Shown in pieces: positions 26,496-35,714 of a DNA stretch of 37,367 nucleotides. The first letter of the stretch is position 1. Each line of letters opens with the position of its first letter. Source of the stretch: Alphaproteobacteria bacterium (lineage in GTDB: Bacteria > Pseudomonadota > Alphaproteobacteria > Rs-D84); contig JAGCOU010000025.1 in assembly GCA_017642565.1 (NCBI GenBank), forward strand, positions 1 to 37,367. Direction: 5' to 3'. A program made the position numbers and the translations under genes. Under the pieces are notes generated by a model. It saw only the letters and a list, made by a program, of their open reading frames with translations. It did no database searches and had not been told where the DNA came from.

Positions 26496-26524
26496 ATTAT
26501 AACAATTTCAACTTTTTTCAACAA
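26496..26524 (-). promoter_or_regulatory. Sigma70-type promoter TTGTTG-N17-(TGt)TATAAT for virB3-virB4
   Basis: On the minus strand, -35 TTGTTG is plus 26519-26524 and the extended -10 TGTTATAAT is plus 26496-26504. The SD and TTG start lie 10-25 nt downstream. Confidence 0.55.
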
Positions 26525-26539
26525 GTATAAAATACAAAT

Positions 26540-26620
26540 ATTAAAAATTGTTTAAAATATGAAAAAATCGCTTTTTTTCAACATGTTTATATCATGAGAT
26601 TTTTTTAAACAATTTTTAAT
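26540..26620. repeat. Perfect 18-bp inverted repeat separated by 45 bp
   Basis: ATTAAAAATTGTTTAAAA (26540-26557) and TTTTAAACAATTTTTAAT (26603-26620) are exact reverse complements. Confidence 0.8.
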
Positions 26621-26785
26621 TTTATCCCAGAAAATAAGGATTTTTTTGTTGAAAAACAGTTTAAAAAAAGTCAACTATTTTAATTAATAAAACAAACAGG
26701 TATAATAAAAATAACAATAAAATATAATAAATATTTGATTTTTTAGAAATCTGGTTTATAATCATGCGGTAAAAAGGATTTTGAC

Positions 26786-26920
26786 ATGAAATTTTTAAGT
26801 TCTTTAAAGGCTTGGAAAAAACGCGGCAACATTAAACAAATTCGCCGTGGTAAACAAGTTATATTAATTGACCCTTCTAACCCAAAATTAAAGGCTAAAC
26901 AGGGTTTTAAGAAAAAATAA
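26786..26920 (+). CDS. rpmJ: Ribosomal protein L36, Cys-less type B (YkgO-like)
   Basis: 44-aa ORF not in the track: MKFLSSLKAWKKRGNIKQIRRGKQVILIDPSNPKLKAKQGFKKK. It resembles the type B L36 pattern (MKV..SL......C.IVRR.GR..VI...NPR.KARQG). SD AAAGGA is present. Confidence 0.8.
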   Translation: MKFLSSLKAWKKRGNIKQIRRGKQVILIDPSNPKLKAKQGFKKK

Positions 26921-26944
26921 TATATCCTGTTGGATAGTATTTTT

Positions 26945-26972
26945 AATACCCAATAAAATGGGTATTTTTTTT
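26945..26972. terminator. Hairpin AATACCCA-N6-TGGGTATT + T-run
   Basis: 8-bp stem at 26945-26952/26959-26966 followed by T8. It lies between convergent rpmJ and the SufD-like gene. Confidence 0.7.
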
Positions 26973-27669
26973 AATCTTCTTCTAAAAATGCTTTTTCGAG
27001 TAATTCTTTTATTTCTTTGGAAGATAAACCCGAAGTTTGTAAATAATAGATTTGATTATCATTTGGTTTATACAAAGAAGCACTATGGGCAGCATTTTTT
27101 GGAATTGAATTTATATACTGAGTCGGTTTAATAGTTATTTTTGAATTATTATCAGCCATCACAGTAAAAGATATATCTGAATCGCATTCGGGCATATTTT
27201 TATTTATTTTTGCGATACCTTCCATATAATTGATAGAATCTTTGTATGCAGCAACCTTTGTATGTATAAAAATACCGGTATTTTCATTAAAATGTTCACC
27301 AAAAAGCCGGATATTTAATTCCCGGTGATTTTTTATAATAATATTTCCATTAAATACACTATTTTTCCCGGCATTTTTAACAAAAATATTCAAAAAGGCC
27401 GGCTTTTTATTAAAAGTTTTAAAAGTCATAAATACTGGCAAATTATCAATATTTATATTTATATTTAAGTCGATATTACCGGCTATTTCACCAAAATATA
27501 TAATATGAACCGGTAATTTAGATTTTTTATTTATTAAAATAAGATTTTTTTCCCGGCTATATTCAGGGTTTTTATAATCAGATAACTCAGGACAAAAGAC
27601 ACCATCGCGGAAAACCAAAGTTTCTGCGGGAAATGTTTTTATATTGAATTCTTGCCAAAGGTATGACAT
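26971..27669 (-). CDS. Short SufB/SufD-family (UPF0051 beta-helix) protein
   Basis: C-terminus NAAHSASLYKPNDNQIYYLQTSGLSSKEIKELLEKAFL matches the SufBD C-terminal signature (H.a..g.....q.fYL.sRGl....a..ll...F). Only 232 aa, with no sufB/sufC neighbours. Confidence 0.55.
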   Translation of the reverse strand: MSYLWQEFNIKTFPAETLVFRDGVFCPELSDYKNPEYSREKNLILINKKSKLPVHIIYFGEIAGNIDLNININIDNLPVFMTFKTFNKKPAFLNIFVKNAGKNSVFNGNIIIKNHRELNIRLFGEHFNENTGIFIHTKVAAYKDSINYMEGIAKINKNMPECDSDISFTVMADNNSKITIKPTQYINSIPKNAAHSASLYKPNDNQIYYLQTSGLSSKEIKELLEKAFLEED

Positions 27670-27739
27670 ATTATAAACCTGTAATAATAAGTATAATAAA
27701 TAAAAAATAAATAAAAAACAACTTAATTGGTGAAAAAAT

Positions 27740-28819
27740 ATGGGATTTAATTGTGGTATCGTAGGACTTCCAAATGTTGGAAAATCTACATTGTTTAATG
27801 CATTAACTCAAAGCGCGGCTGCAGATGCGCAAAATTATCCATTTTGTACCATAGAACCAAATACCGGTCGTGTTGTGGTTCCAGACGCTACATTACATAA
27901 TTTGGCGCGTGTTGCAGGGGCAGAAAGAATTATACCTACACAACTTGAAATTGTTGATATAGCAGGTCTAGTCAAAGGTGCATCTGCTGGCGAAGGTCTA
28001 GGAAATAAATTTTTATCAAATATTCTTGAAACAGACGCGATTATTCATGTGGTAAGATGTTTTGAAAATGATGATATAGTTCATGTTAATGGAAAAATAG
28101 ATCCTTTGGCAGATATTGAAACTATTGAAACAGAATTAATGTTGGCAGACATAGAAAGCCTTGATAATCAAATCAAAAAACTTGAAAAGAAAGTTCATGG
28201 CCAAGATAAAAACGCTGCAAAATTACTCGCAGACGCAAAAGTTATAAAATCTGGACTTGAAAATTCGATACCTGCGCGTCAACAAGAAACAGATGCATCA
28301 CCTTTTAATTTATTAACAAAAAAGCCGGTAATTTATGTTTGTAATGTAGAAGAAAATGCTGCTGCAAAAGGAAATAAATATTCCGATACAGTGCGTGAAA
28401 AATTTTCTGACAAAGCACCAGTATTGATAATATCTTCAAAAATAGAAATGGAAATCGCACAAATTGTTGATATAGATGAACGAAAGATGTTTCTTGATGA
28501 ACTGGGATTAAATGAATCTGGTCTAGACCAAGTAATACACACCGGTTATGATACACTTGGGTTACAGACCTTTTACACAGTTGGACCCAAAGAAGCACAT
28601 GCTTGGACTATTAACAAAGGTATGACCGCACCCCAGGCTGCTGGAAAAATACACAGTGATTTTGAACGCGGATTTATACGAGCAGAGATAATTTCACCGG
28701 CTGATTATATTCAATATGGTGGTGAAGTTGCTGTCAAAGAAGCCGGTAAAATGCGACTTGTTGGCAAAGAATACATTATGCAAGAAGGTGATATTTGTCA
28801 TTTCTTATTTAATGTGTAA
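27740..28819 (+). CDS. ychF: Ribosome-binding ATPase YchF
   Basis: GIVGLPNVGKSTLFNALT, FCTIEPN, DIAGLVKGAS and the C-terminal TGS-like GKEYIMQEGDICHFLFNV are present. Confidence 0.95.
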   Translation: MGFNCGIVGLPNVGKSTLFNALTQSAAADAQNYPFCTIEPNTGRVVVPDATLHNLARVAGAERIIPTQLEIVDIAGLVKGASAGEGLGNKFLSNILETDAIIHVVRCFENDDIVHVNGKIDPLADIETIETELMLADIESLDNQIKKLEKKVHGQDKNAAKLLADAKVIKSGLENSIPARQQETDASPFNLLTKKPVIYVCNVEENAAAKGNKYSDTVREKFSDKAPVLIISSKIEMEIAQIVDIDERKMFLDELGLNESGLDQVIHTGYDTLGLQTFYTVGPKEAHAWTINKGMTAPQAAGKIHSDFERGFIRAEIISPADYIQYGGEVAVKEAGKMRLVGKEYIMQEGDICHFLFNV

Positions 28820-28832
28820 AAAAATTAAGAAA

Positions 28833-28858
28833 ATACCGGTAAACACCGGTATTTTTTA
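28833..28858 (+). terminator. Rho-independent terminator ATACCGGT-AAAC-ACCGGTAT + T5
   Basis: Perfect 8-bp stem followed directly by TTTTT, 14 nt after the ychF stop. Confidence 0.8.
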
Positions 28859-28924
28859 TATATTTTTATAAAAAAACAAAAAGCCGGCTTTTTTGAATAT
28901 TTTTATCAAAAAGGCCGGGAATTT

Positions 28925-30553
28925 TTATTTATCATTCATATCTAATAATAATTCAAGTTTAGTATTAGATTCTTCTATTTTTTTATTTATATCTTCCAGT
29001 ATTTCTTGGTTATATTTTTCCCCATTATCAAGAGATTTTTTTAATAATTCTTGTCTTTCTTGTTCAAGTTTATTTATATATCGTTGCAATTTTAGAGATA
29101 TAACGAATTTTTCGGCATTTTCTAGACTTAAATCAGTTTTATTTACTTCATCATCAAAAGATATATTTAACGAAGTTAAAAAATCTAGATATTTTTCAGT
29201 TATTTCTGGGTAAGTTTGAACAATTTGTTTAATAACATTCACGGTCATTTCATCAATATCTGGTAATTTAACCTCTGGTTTATATTCTTGTTTTTTCCAT
29301 TTATGCCATTGATTAAATTTGCGAGAATTATATTCTTCGTTTATTTCATTTTGGAAAATTTTATCAGTTATTTTTGACACACAATCTTTTAAATATTTTT
29401 CTGCACTTGTGCGTCCACCAGGCGTATTAACAAGATAATTTTTATTCACACTTTCCCATAAAAAATCTATCAAAGGTACAGCATTATCTATGATTTTTTT
29501 CATAGCAGCTACACCATGATTTTTTAATATTTCATCTGGGTCTTTGCCACCAGTAACAAAAGCAAATTTAACATCGCTGTTTTCACGCAAAAACGGTAAA
29601 ACCAGCGTGCACGCCCGTATAGCGGCTTTTTGACCTGCATTATCACCATCAAAACAAAATATAATATTACGATTAGATTTGCATAAAATAGCAATATGAT
29701 CTTCGGTTAATGCTGTGCCCAAAGGTGCAACAGTTTCAGGAAAACCATGGCATTGCATTTGAATAGCATCTATTTGGCCTTCGACAATAATACTGCGATT
29801 ATTTTTATGAATCGCGTCCCTGGCAAAATTAAATCCAAATATAGTTTGTTTTTTATGAAATAATTCAGTATCTGTGGTATTTATATATTTAGGTTCACTT
29901 CCATCCAAAGAGCGCCCAGAAAAAGCAACAATTTGATTATGTGCATTATAAATTGGGAACATTAATTTATCCCTGAAAAAATCATAAGGTCCATAATCAC
30001 CGATTCTAACAAGTCCTGTTGAAGTTAATTTATCAATTTTTATATTATTAAACCGTGCAGAAATAATATTGTTTTTTGGGGCGTATCCAATTCTATATTT
30101 TTTAATCATTTCGTCAGTAAAACCGCGTTTTTTAATATATTCAAGTGCGATTTTACCTGAATCTTGATATAATAAATCTTGGTATATTTGTGTGGCTTTT
30201 TCAGTGATTTGAATATAATTTTCTTCTGCTTCGATTTGCTCTTTAGATTTTTGTTTATATTCTGGCATTTTTATACCAGCCATATCCGCTAACTCTTTTA
30301 TAGCATCAACAAAATTTATATTTTGAGATTTCATAGTAAAAGAAATAATATCACCATGTTCACCACAACCAAAACAATGATAAAATCCTTTTTCTTCATT
30401 TACTGAAAAAGATGGAGTTTTTTCATTATGAAAAGGGCAACACCCCCAATAATTTTGACCTTTTTTTACAAGCGGTACACGGCGAGAAATAACATCTACC
30501 AAAGATAACCTTTGTCTTAATTCATCAGTAAAAGAGTTATCATATTTTGCCAA
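28925..30553 (-). CDS. dnaG: DNA primase
   Basis: Zn finger CCPFHNEKTPSF...YHCFGCGEHGD. Toprim motifs IIVEGQIDA and FDGDNAGQKA. TTG start 3 nt after the topA stop. Confidence 0.92.
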   Translation of the reverse strand: MAKYDNSFTDELRQRLSLVDVISRRVPLVKKGQNYWGCCPFHNEKTPSFSVNEEKGFYHCFGCGEHGDIISFTMKSQNINFVDAIKELADMAGIKMPEYKQKSKEQIEAEENYIQITEKATQIYQDLLYQDSGKIALEYIKKRGFTDEMIKKYRIGYAPKNNIISARFNNIKIDKLTSTGLVRIGDYGPYDFFRDKLMFPIYNAHNQIVAFSGRSLDGSEPKYINTTDTELFHKKQTIFGFNFARDAIHKNNRSIIVEGQIDAIQMQCHGFPETVAPLGTALTEDHIAILCKSNRNIIFCFDGDNAGQKAAIRACTLVLPFLRENSDVKFAFVTGGKDPDEILKNHGVAAMKKIIDNAVPLIDFLWESVNKNYLVNTPGGRTSAEKYLKDCVSKITDKIFQNEINEEYNSRKFNQWHKWKKQEYKPEVKLPDIDEMTVNVIKQIVQTYPEITEKYLDFLTSLNISFDDEVNKTDLSLENAEKFVISLKLQRYINKLEQERQELLKKSLDNGEKYNQEILEDINKKIEESNTKLELLLDMNDK

Positions 30554-30556
30554 TCA

Positions 30557-32800
30557 TCACGCCTTTTTTTTGAAGAATTTTTTAGTTGGTTTTTTATTAT
30601 TAATTAAATCAATAGCTTCATTTAAATTAGGCTGTTCTTTGACAGAAATATTTACACGATTAGAAGAAATATATGGTCCATATCTCCCATCACTGTAATA
30701 ATAAATAGGTTTATCTGTATCAGGGTTTTTACCGAGTATTACTGGTTCAACCTTCTTTTTATCATTGTTTAATAAATCTTTAGCGATATCTAAATTTATT
30801 GTATCAACAGTATATTTTTTAGCAGATGCATTTTTTACACCATCAGTAACATAAGGTCCATATTTACCAATTTTAAAGAATATATTTTCACCAAGATCTT
30901 TTTCTTTGACCTCATCAGTTTTTTCTTGGTTTTCAGCCGTTTCTGTGGTGTTAGTTAATTTCATTGTATAATCACATTTTGGATAATTATTGCATCCAAC
31001 AAATGGTCCAAACTTAGATAATTTTATACCTAATTTTCCACCACACTTTGGACAGATATCATTTGATTCTTTAAATAAATGAAAATTCATAAATTCATTA
31101 ATTTTATCTATGATATCAGTAGTTTTTACCTTGGACGCTGAATCAATAGTATCTTTGGTTGGATTCCAAAATGCTTTGAGTGATGATAATTTATCGCGTG
31201 TTCCATTAGAAACATCATCTAATGTATCTTCGGTTTTTGCAGTAAAATTAACATCAACTAAATCTTTGAAATAATTAGATAAATAAGAAACAAGAACCCA
31301 TCCTGCTGTTGTTGGGTGAAAACGATGTTGTTTATCTTGTTCAACATATTGTCTATCAACTATTGTAGACATAATAGTTGCATAGGTTGAAGGACGCCCT
31401 ATACCGAGTTCTTCTAATTTTTTTACCAATGATGCTTCGGTAAATCTTGCAGGTGGTTGTGTAAAATGTTGTTCACTTTTCAAAGATTTTATAGTCACAC
31501 TATCGCCCATATTTAATACAGGCAATTTTACATCATTACTTTCTTTTTCATCATCCTCATCTTCGATATAAACTTTCATAAAACCATCAAAAATGCGTGT
31601 TGTACCAACACAATGGAACAAAGAATTTTTTATTTTAATATCAACAGATACAGAATCAAATTCTGCATTTGTCATTTGACAAGCAATAGTTCTTTTCCAA
31701 ATTAAATCGTATAATTTTGCTTCGTCTCCTGATAATTTTACTTCTTGGTCTAAAAAGTGTGTAGGACGGATTGCTTCGTGTGCCTCTTGGGCATTCTTAG
31801 ATTTTGTTATATAAATATTTGGTTGTTTTGGTAAGAATTTATCACCATATTCTTTTTCAATATATTCACGAATTTCATTTACCGCCTCGGCAGACAAATT
31901 TGTTGCGTCCGTTCTCATATATGTAATAAAACCTTGCTCATACAATTTTTGAGCGGTTGCCATAGTTCTTTTTGAAGAAAAATGAAGTTTACGCGCTGCT
32001 TCTTGTTGAAGTGTAGATGTTGTAAACGGTGCAGATGCGTGTCTTTGAACTTTTTTCTTTTCAATATTTGACACTTCGCCATTCACAGGTGTCGGTATGT
32101 TTGATAAAATTTCATCAACCATAGATTTGTTTTCTATGGTCATTTTTTCTATTTTTTTGCCATTATATTGGACCAGGTTCGCATAAAATTCTGCTTTGTT
32201 AAAATTGCAATTTGCAGCAACAGACCAATATTCTTTGGGTATAAATTTATCTATCTCTTTTTCGCGGTCAACAACCAATTTCACAGCAACACTTTGAACG
32301 CGTCCCGCAGATTTCCCAAGGTTTCTTTTCCAAAGCAGTGGTGAAATACCAAACCCAATCAAATAATCAAGAATTCGTCTAACAAGATACGCATCAACCA
32401 GATTATTATCAATTTGGCGCGGATTATTCAAAGCTTCGACAATAGCGTTTTTTGTAATTTCATGGAAAGCAACACGATATACATTTTTACCTTTTAAAAC
32501 ATTACGGGCTTTTAAAATATCATTTATATGCCATGCGATTGCTTCTCCTTCACGGTCAGGGTCGGATGCAAGATAGATATTATCAGCCTTTTTTAATTCA
32601 TCTATTATTAATTTTAATTGTTTTTCTTTGCCAGGCATAATTTGCCATTTTGGTTTAAAATCTTTTTCTGTATCAACACTGCCACTTTCTGGAACCAAAT
32701 CACGAACATGACCAACAGACGCGACAACACGCCATCCTTTGCCGAGGTATTTTTCAATAGTTTTTGCTTTTGACGGTGATTCTACGATTAATAAATTCAT
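30557..32800 (-). CDS. topA: DNA topoisomerase I
   Basis: Toprim LIVESPSKAKTIEKYLG, active-site region GFITYMRTD and C-terminal Cys4 fingers (CPKCGGKL...CNNYPKC). Confidence 0.95.
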   Translation of the reverse strand: MNLLIVESPSKAKTIEKYLGKGWRVVASVGHVRDLVPESGSVDTEKDFKPKWQIMPGKEKQLKLIIDELKKADNIYLASDPDREGEAIAWHINDILKARNVLKGKNVYRVAFHEITKNAIVEALNNPRQIDNNLVDAYLVRRILDYLIGFGISPLLWKRNLGKSAGRVQSVAVKLVVDREKEIDKFIPKEYWSVAANCNFNKAEFYANLVQYNGKKIEKMTIENKSMVDEILSNIPTPVNGEVSNIEKKKVQRHASAPFTTSTLQQEAARKLHFSSKRTMATAQKLYEQGFITYMRTDATNLSAEAVNEIREYIEKEYGDKFLPKQPNIYITKSKNAQEAHEAIRPTHFLDQEVKLSGDEAKLYDLIWKRTIACQMTNAEFDSVSVDIKIKNSLFHCVGTTRIFDGFMKVYIEDEDDEKESNDVKLPVLNMGDSVTIKSLKSEQHFTQPPARFTEASLVKKLEELGIGRPSTYATIMSTIVDRQYVEQDKQHRFHPTTAGWVLVSYLSNYFKDLVDVNFTAKTEDTLDDVSNGTRDKLSSLKAFWNPTKDTIDSASKVKTTDIIDKINEFMNFHLFKESNDICPKCGGKLGIKLSKFGPFVGCNNYPKCDYTMKLTNTTETAENQEKTDEVKEKDLGENIFFKIGKYGPYVTDGVKNASAKKYTVDTINLDIAKDLLNNDKKKVEPVILGKNPDTDKPIYYYSDGRYGPYISSNRVNISVKEQPNLNEAIDLINNKKPTKKFFKKKA

Positions 32801-32803
32801 TTT

Positions 32804-33946
32804 TTAAAACCCCCTGGATGATAATTGTTGATCTTTGTGGATATGGGCATTTTGACATAAACCAAAACCAAAAAGCAACGAGATTAAACTGCTGCCACCA
32901 AAAGACATTAGTGGTAACGGAACACCTACTGTTGGCAATATACCCAAAACCATAGAGATATTTATAAAATAATAAATGAAAAAATTCAACATAAACCCAA
33001 AACAAATTAATTGCCCAAAACGATTTCTACAGGTTTTTGCAGCCCAAAACAACATGATAACAATGAAAGTATATATTATCAAAAGCATAAAAGCACCAAT
33101 AAAACCAAATTCTTCACCAAGCATAGTAAATATAAAATCAGTCTGTTTTTCAGGCAAGAAAGATTGTTGTGATTGTGTGCCAGACATATATCCTTTGCCT
33201 ACGATACCGCCAGAACCAAATGCTATTTTTGCCTGATTTATTTGATAGCCTGCACCTTTGGCATCTAATTCAGGGTTAATAAAAGTTATTATTCGTGAAC
33301 GTTGATAATCATGCATAGCGCCATACCAAACCACAGGCATAGCCAAAACGCCAAGAATTCCCGCAATTAAAAACCATTTTTTATTTGCACCAACTATATA
33401 AAACATACCCACAGTTATCAAAGCCAAAGATATGCCAGTTCCTAGATCTGGTTGAGCACAAATAAGAATAAACGGAACAAAAAGCATAAAAATAGGAACT
33501 ATATAATTTTTAAATTGGGATAATTCTACGCTGTTTTGCCATGCAAAATAGCGGGCCAAAGCCAACACAAGCGCAATTTTAATAAACTCTGATGGCTGAA
33601 TATTTATACCGCCAAACGAAAGCCATCTTTGGGCACCCATACCAACATCACCAAAAAAAGTAACCATAACCACGAAAATGAGGGCTATGGCATAAATAAA
33701 ATAAGCAGATTTTATCCAGGTCTTGATATTAGAAAAAGACACAAAAAAGAAAATAGCCATACCAAAAATTATTTTTAATAATTGTGACATAGCAAAAGGT
33801 TTCCAAGAACCGCCACCCGCACTAAATAAAACGATAATCGAAAAAGCAAGAACAACACACATAGGTATAAACAAAGTCAATGAAAAACGCGAAAGTTTTT
33901 CACTGAAAGTCATCATATTAGCATTAGATACGCGTGTTGTTACCAT
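32804..33946 (-). CDS. rodA: SEDS-family peptidoglycan polymerase RodA
   Basis: Polytopic membrane protein with the LPEKQTDFIFTMLGEEFGFIG motif. It lies directly downstream of PBP2. Confidence 0.9.
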   Translation of the reverse strand: MVTTRVSNANMMTFSEKLSRFSLTLFIPMCVVLAFSIIVLFSAGGGSWKPFAMSQLLKIIFGMAIFFFVSFSNIKTWIKSAYFIYAIALIFVVMVTFFGDVGMGAQRWLSFGGINIQPSEFIKIALVLALARYFAWQNSVELSQFKNYIVPIFMLFVPFILICAQPDLGTGISLALITVGMFYIVGANKKWFLIAGILGVLAMPVVWYGAMHDYQRSRIITFINPELDAKGAGYQINQAKIAFGSGGIVGKGYMSGTQSQQSFLPEKQTDFIFTMLGEEFGFIGAFMLLIIYTFIVIMLFWAAKTCRNRFGQLICFGFMLNFFIYYFINISMVLGILPTVGVPLPLMSFGGSSLISLLFGFGLCQNAHIHKDQQLSSRGF

Positions 33947-33947
33947 T

Positions 33948-35714
33948 TTATTTTAATAACTCCTTCATAACTTCGGCGGTTGCATGGGCAGCAGGTGAAG
34001 AACCACCAGCGTGTTCCATAATGACGCATACGGCGTATTCTGGGTTGTCTGTTGGTGCATAGCCTACAAATAAACCATGGTTTCGCAAATTCCATTTTAA
34101 TTGACTGTTTGTTAAAACACCTGTTTCGCGTTCTGATTTAGAAATATTACGCACCTGGGAAGTTCCGGTTTTTCCACCCATTTTTTTACCGTTTACATTA
34201 ATAGCACTGCCAGACGCTGTTCCACCTTTTTGAGTAACTTGTTCAAGCCCTGTTAAAACATGTTTAATATTTTTTTCTTGTAAACCAAGGCTTTTAAAAT
34301 TTGGTTGTTTATTAGAATATATTAGTCTTGGTTTAACTTCTTTATTAGAAACAACGCGTGCAATCATCACAGCAAGTTGTAAACAATTTGTTAAAATAAA
34401 ACCCTGACCAATACCAGAAATAACTGTGTCCCCATGAACCCAAGGTGCCCCGACATTTTTTTCTTTCCATCTTCTATCCGGGATAATACCAGGCATTTCA
34501 TGTGCCAATACATCATCCATATACTTTTGAGTAAACCCGAGTTTTAGTGCCATATTTTTTATAGCATCAATTCCAATTTTTAACGCGAGTTGATAAAAAT
34601 AAATATCACAAGAATGTTTCAAAGCATCGTATAAATTAACATAACCATGCCCATGCTTTTCCCAACAATGATATTTGTGATTTCCATATTCCCAAAAACC
34701 CGGACAAAATACTTTTTCATTTGGCGATATAGCACCGCTTTCAAGTGCCGCCAAAGCCACAACTATTTTAAATGTGGAACCAGGAGGATATAAACCTTCA
34801 ATAGTTTTATTCATAAATGGTTTTGCAACATCATCAAGTAGAGAATTTATATATTCTTCACCATCGTCTGTTTTAAAATTATTTGGATCAAAACTCGGGG
34901 TTGAAGCCATCGCCAGAATATTTCCGGTTTTTATATCTAGTGCAACCCCACAACCTGCCCTGTTCATAGCCAAAGCATCATATAAAACCTTTTGAACATT
35001 TTCACGAATAGTGGTTTTAATATCTCGGCCAGGAACAGGTTCTATGAATTGAGATTTATCTTCGCCTGTGACGCGTCCAACAGCATTAGCAACCAATACT
35101 GTTTGACCAAATTTTCCCGCCATATCGTCATTAAATCTTTTTTCAAGCCCATTAATACCAGTGGTAAAAAATGGTGTGTTTGGAACAGGTTTTTGCGGAG
35201 CACCAACATAACCAAAAATTTGTGCACCTGCAGGTCCCATCTCGTATACACGCGAAAAACCATTACCAATATAAATGCCTGGAATATTTTTTGCAGATAT
35301 CTCTGCCAAAGTATTCCAATTAGAATTTTCTGTAATCAACACAGGCTGAAAAGGTTGCTGTTTTTTTATATTTTTCCAAATTCTATCCACGGTTTTTTGT
35401 CTGAGATTTAATTCGTTTATTATTGTATTCATCACAGAATTTATATCTTCGGCTTCTTCGGGAATAAGATATATTCTATATATTGGTGCATCACCAGAAA
35501 TAACAGTTCCACTTTCAGATAAAATATTACCGCGCTTAGGCATAGTATTTTGAACACGAAAAGAATTATTTTCACTTTTTTTCAAATAATCTTTGTAATT
35601 AAAAACCTGCATTTGCAACATACGCAACACAAGAAACGAAGTTAACACTGCGCCACCTGTTAAAAACAGAGCGCTGCGTCTATCAAAAGTGCGTGCTACT
35701 TCGGTATCAATCAT
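33948..35714 (-). CDS. mrdA: Penicillin-binding protein 2 (elongation transpeptidase)
   Basis: STFK and KTGTSQ motifs are present. Start trimmed to ATG 35714 (MIDTEV...), which forms an ATGA overlap with the mreD stop. The track start is 35780. Confidence 0.9.
   Translation of the reverse strand: MIDTEVARTFDRRSALFLTGGAVLTSFLVLRMLQMQVFNYKDYLKKSENNSFRVQNTMPKRGNILSESGTVISGDAPIYRIYLIPEEAEDINSVMNTIINELNLRQKTVDRIWKNIKKQQPFQPVLITENSNWNTLAEISAKNIPGIYIGNGFSRVYEMGPAGAQIFGYVGAPQKPVPNTPFFTTGINGLEKRFNDDMAGKFGQTVLVANAVGRVTGEDKSQFIEPVPGRDIKTTIRENVQKVLYDALAMNRAGCGVALDIKTGNILAMASTPSFDPNNFKTDDGEEYINSLLDDVAKPFMNKTIEGLYPPGSTFKIVVALAALESGAISPNEKVFCPGFWEYGNHKYHCWEKHGHGYVNLYDALKHSCDIYFYQLALKIGIDAIKNMALKLGFTQKYMDDVLAHEMPGIIPDRRWKEKNVGAPWVHGDTVISGIGQGFILTNCLQLAVMIARVVSNKEVKPRLIYSNKQPNFKSLGLQEKNIKHVLTGLEQVTQKGGTASGSAINVNGKKMGGKTGTSQVRNISKSERETGVLTNSQLKWNLRNHGLFVGYAPTDNPEYAVCVIMEHAGGSSPAAHATAEVMKELLK

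Noticed and set aside
26559-26597. 12-codon mini-ORF (MKKSLFFNMFIS) lying between the arms of the 18-bp inverted repeat
   Set aside because: It has no SD. Such short ORFs are frequent by chance in AT-rich DNA. It is mentioned only because of its position.
26617-26632. Possible right-hand att copy (TTTTATCCCAGAAAA vs tRNA ATATCCCGCAACC)
   Set aside because: Only about 6-7 contiguous matches, which is not distinguishable from chance. The right boundary of the putative island therefore remains undefined.
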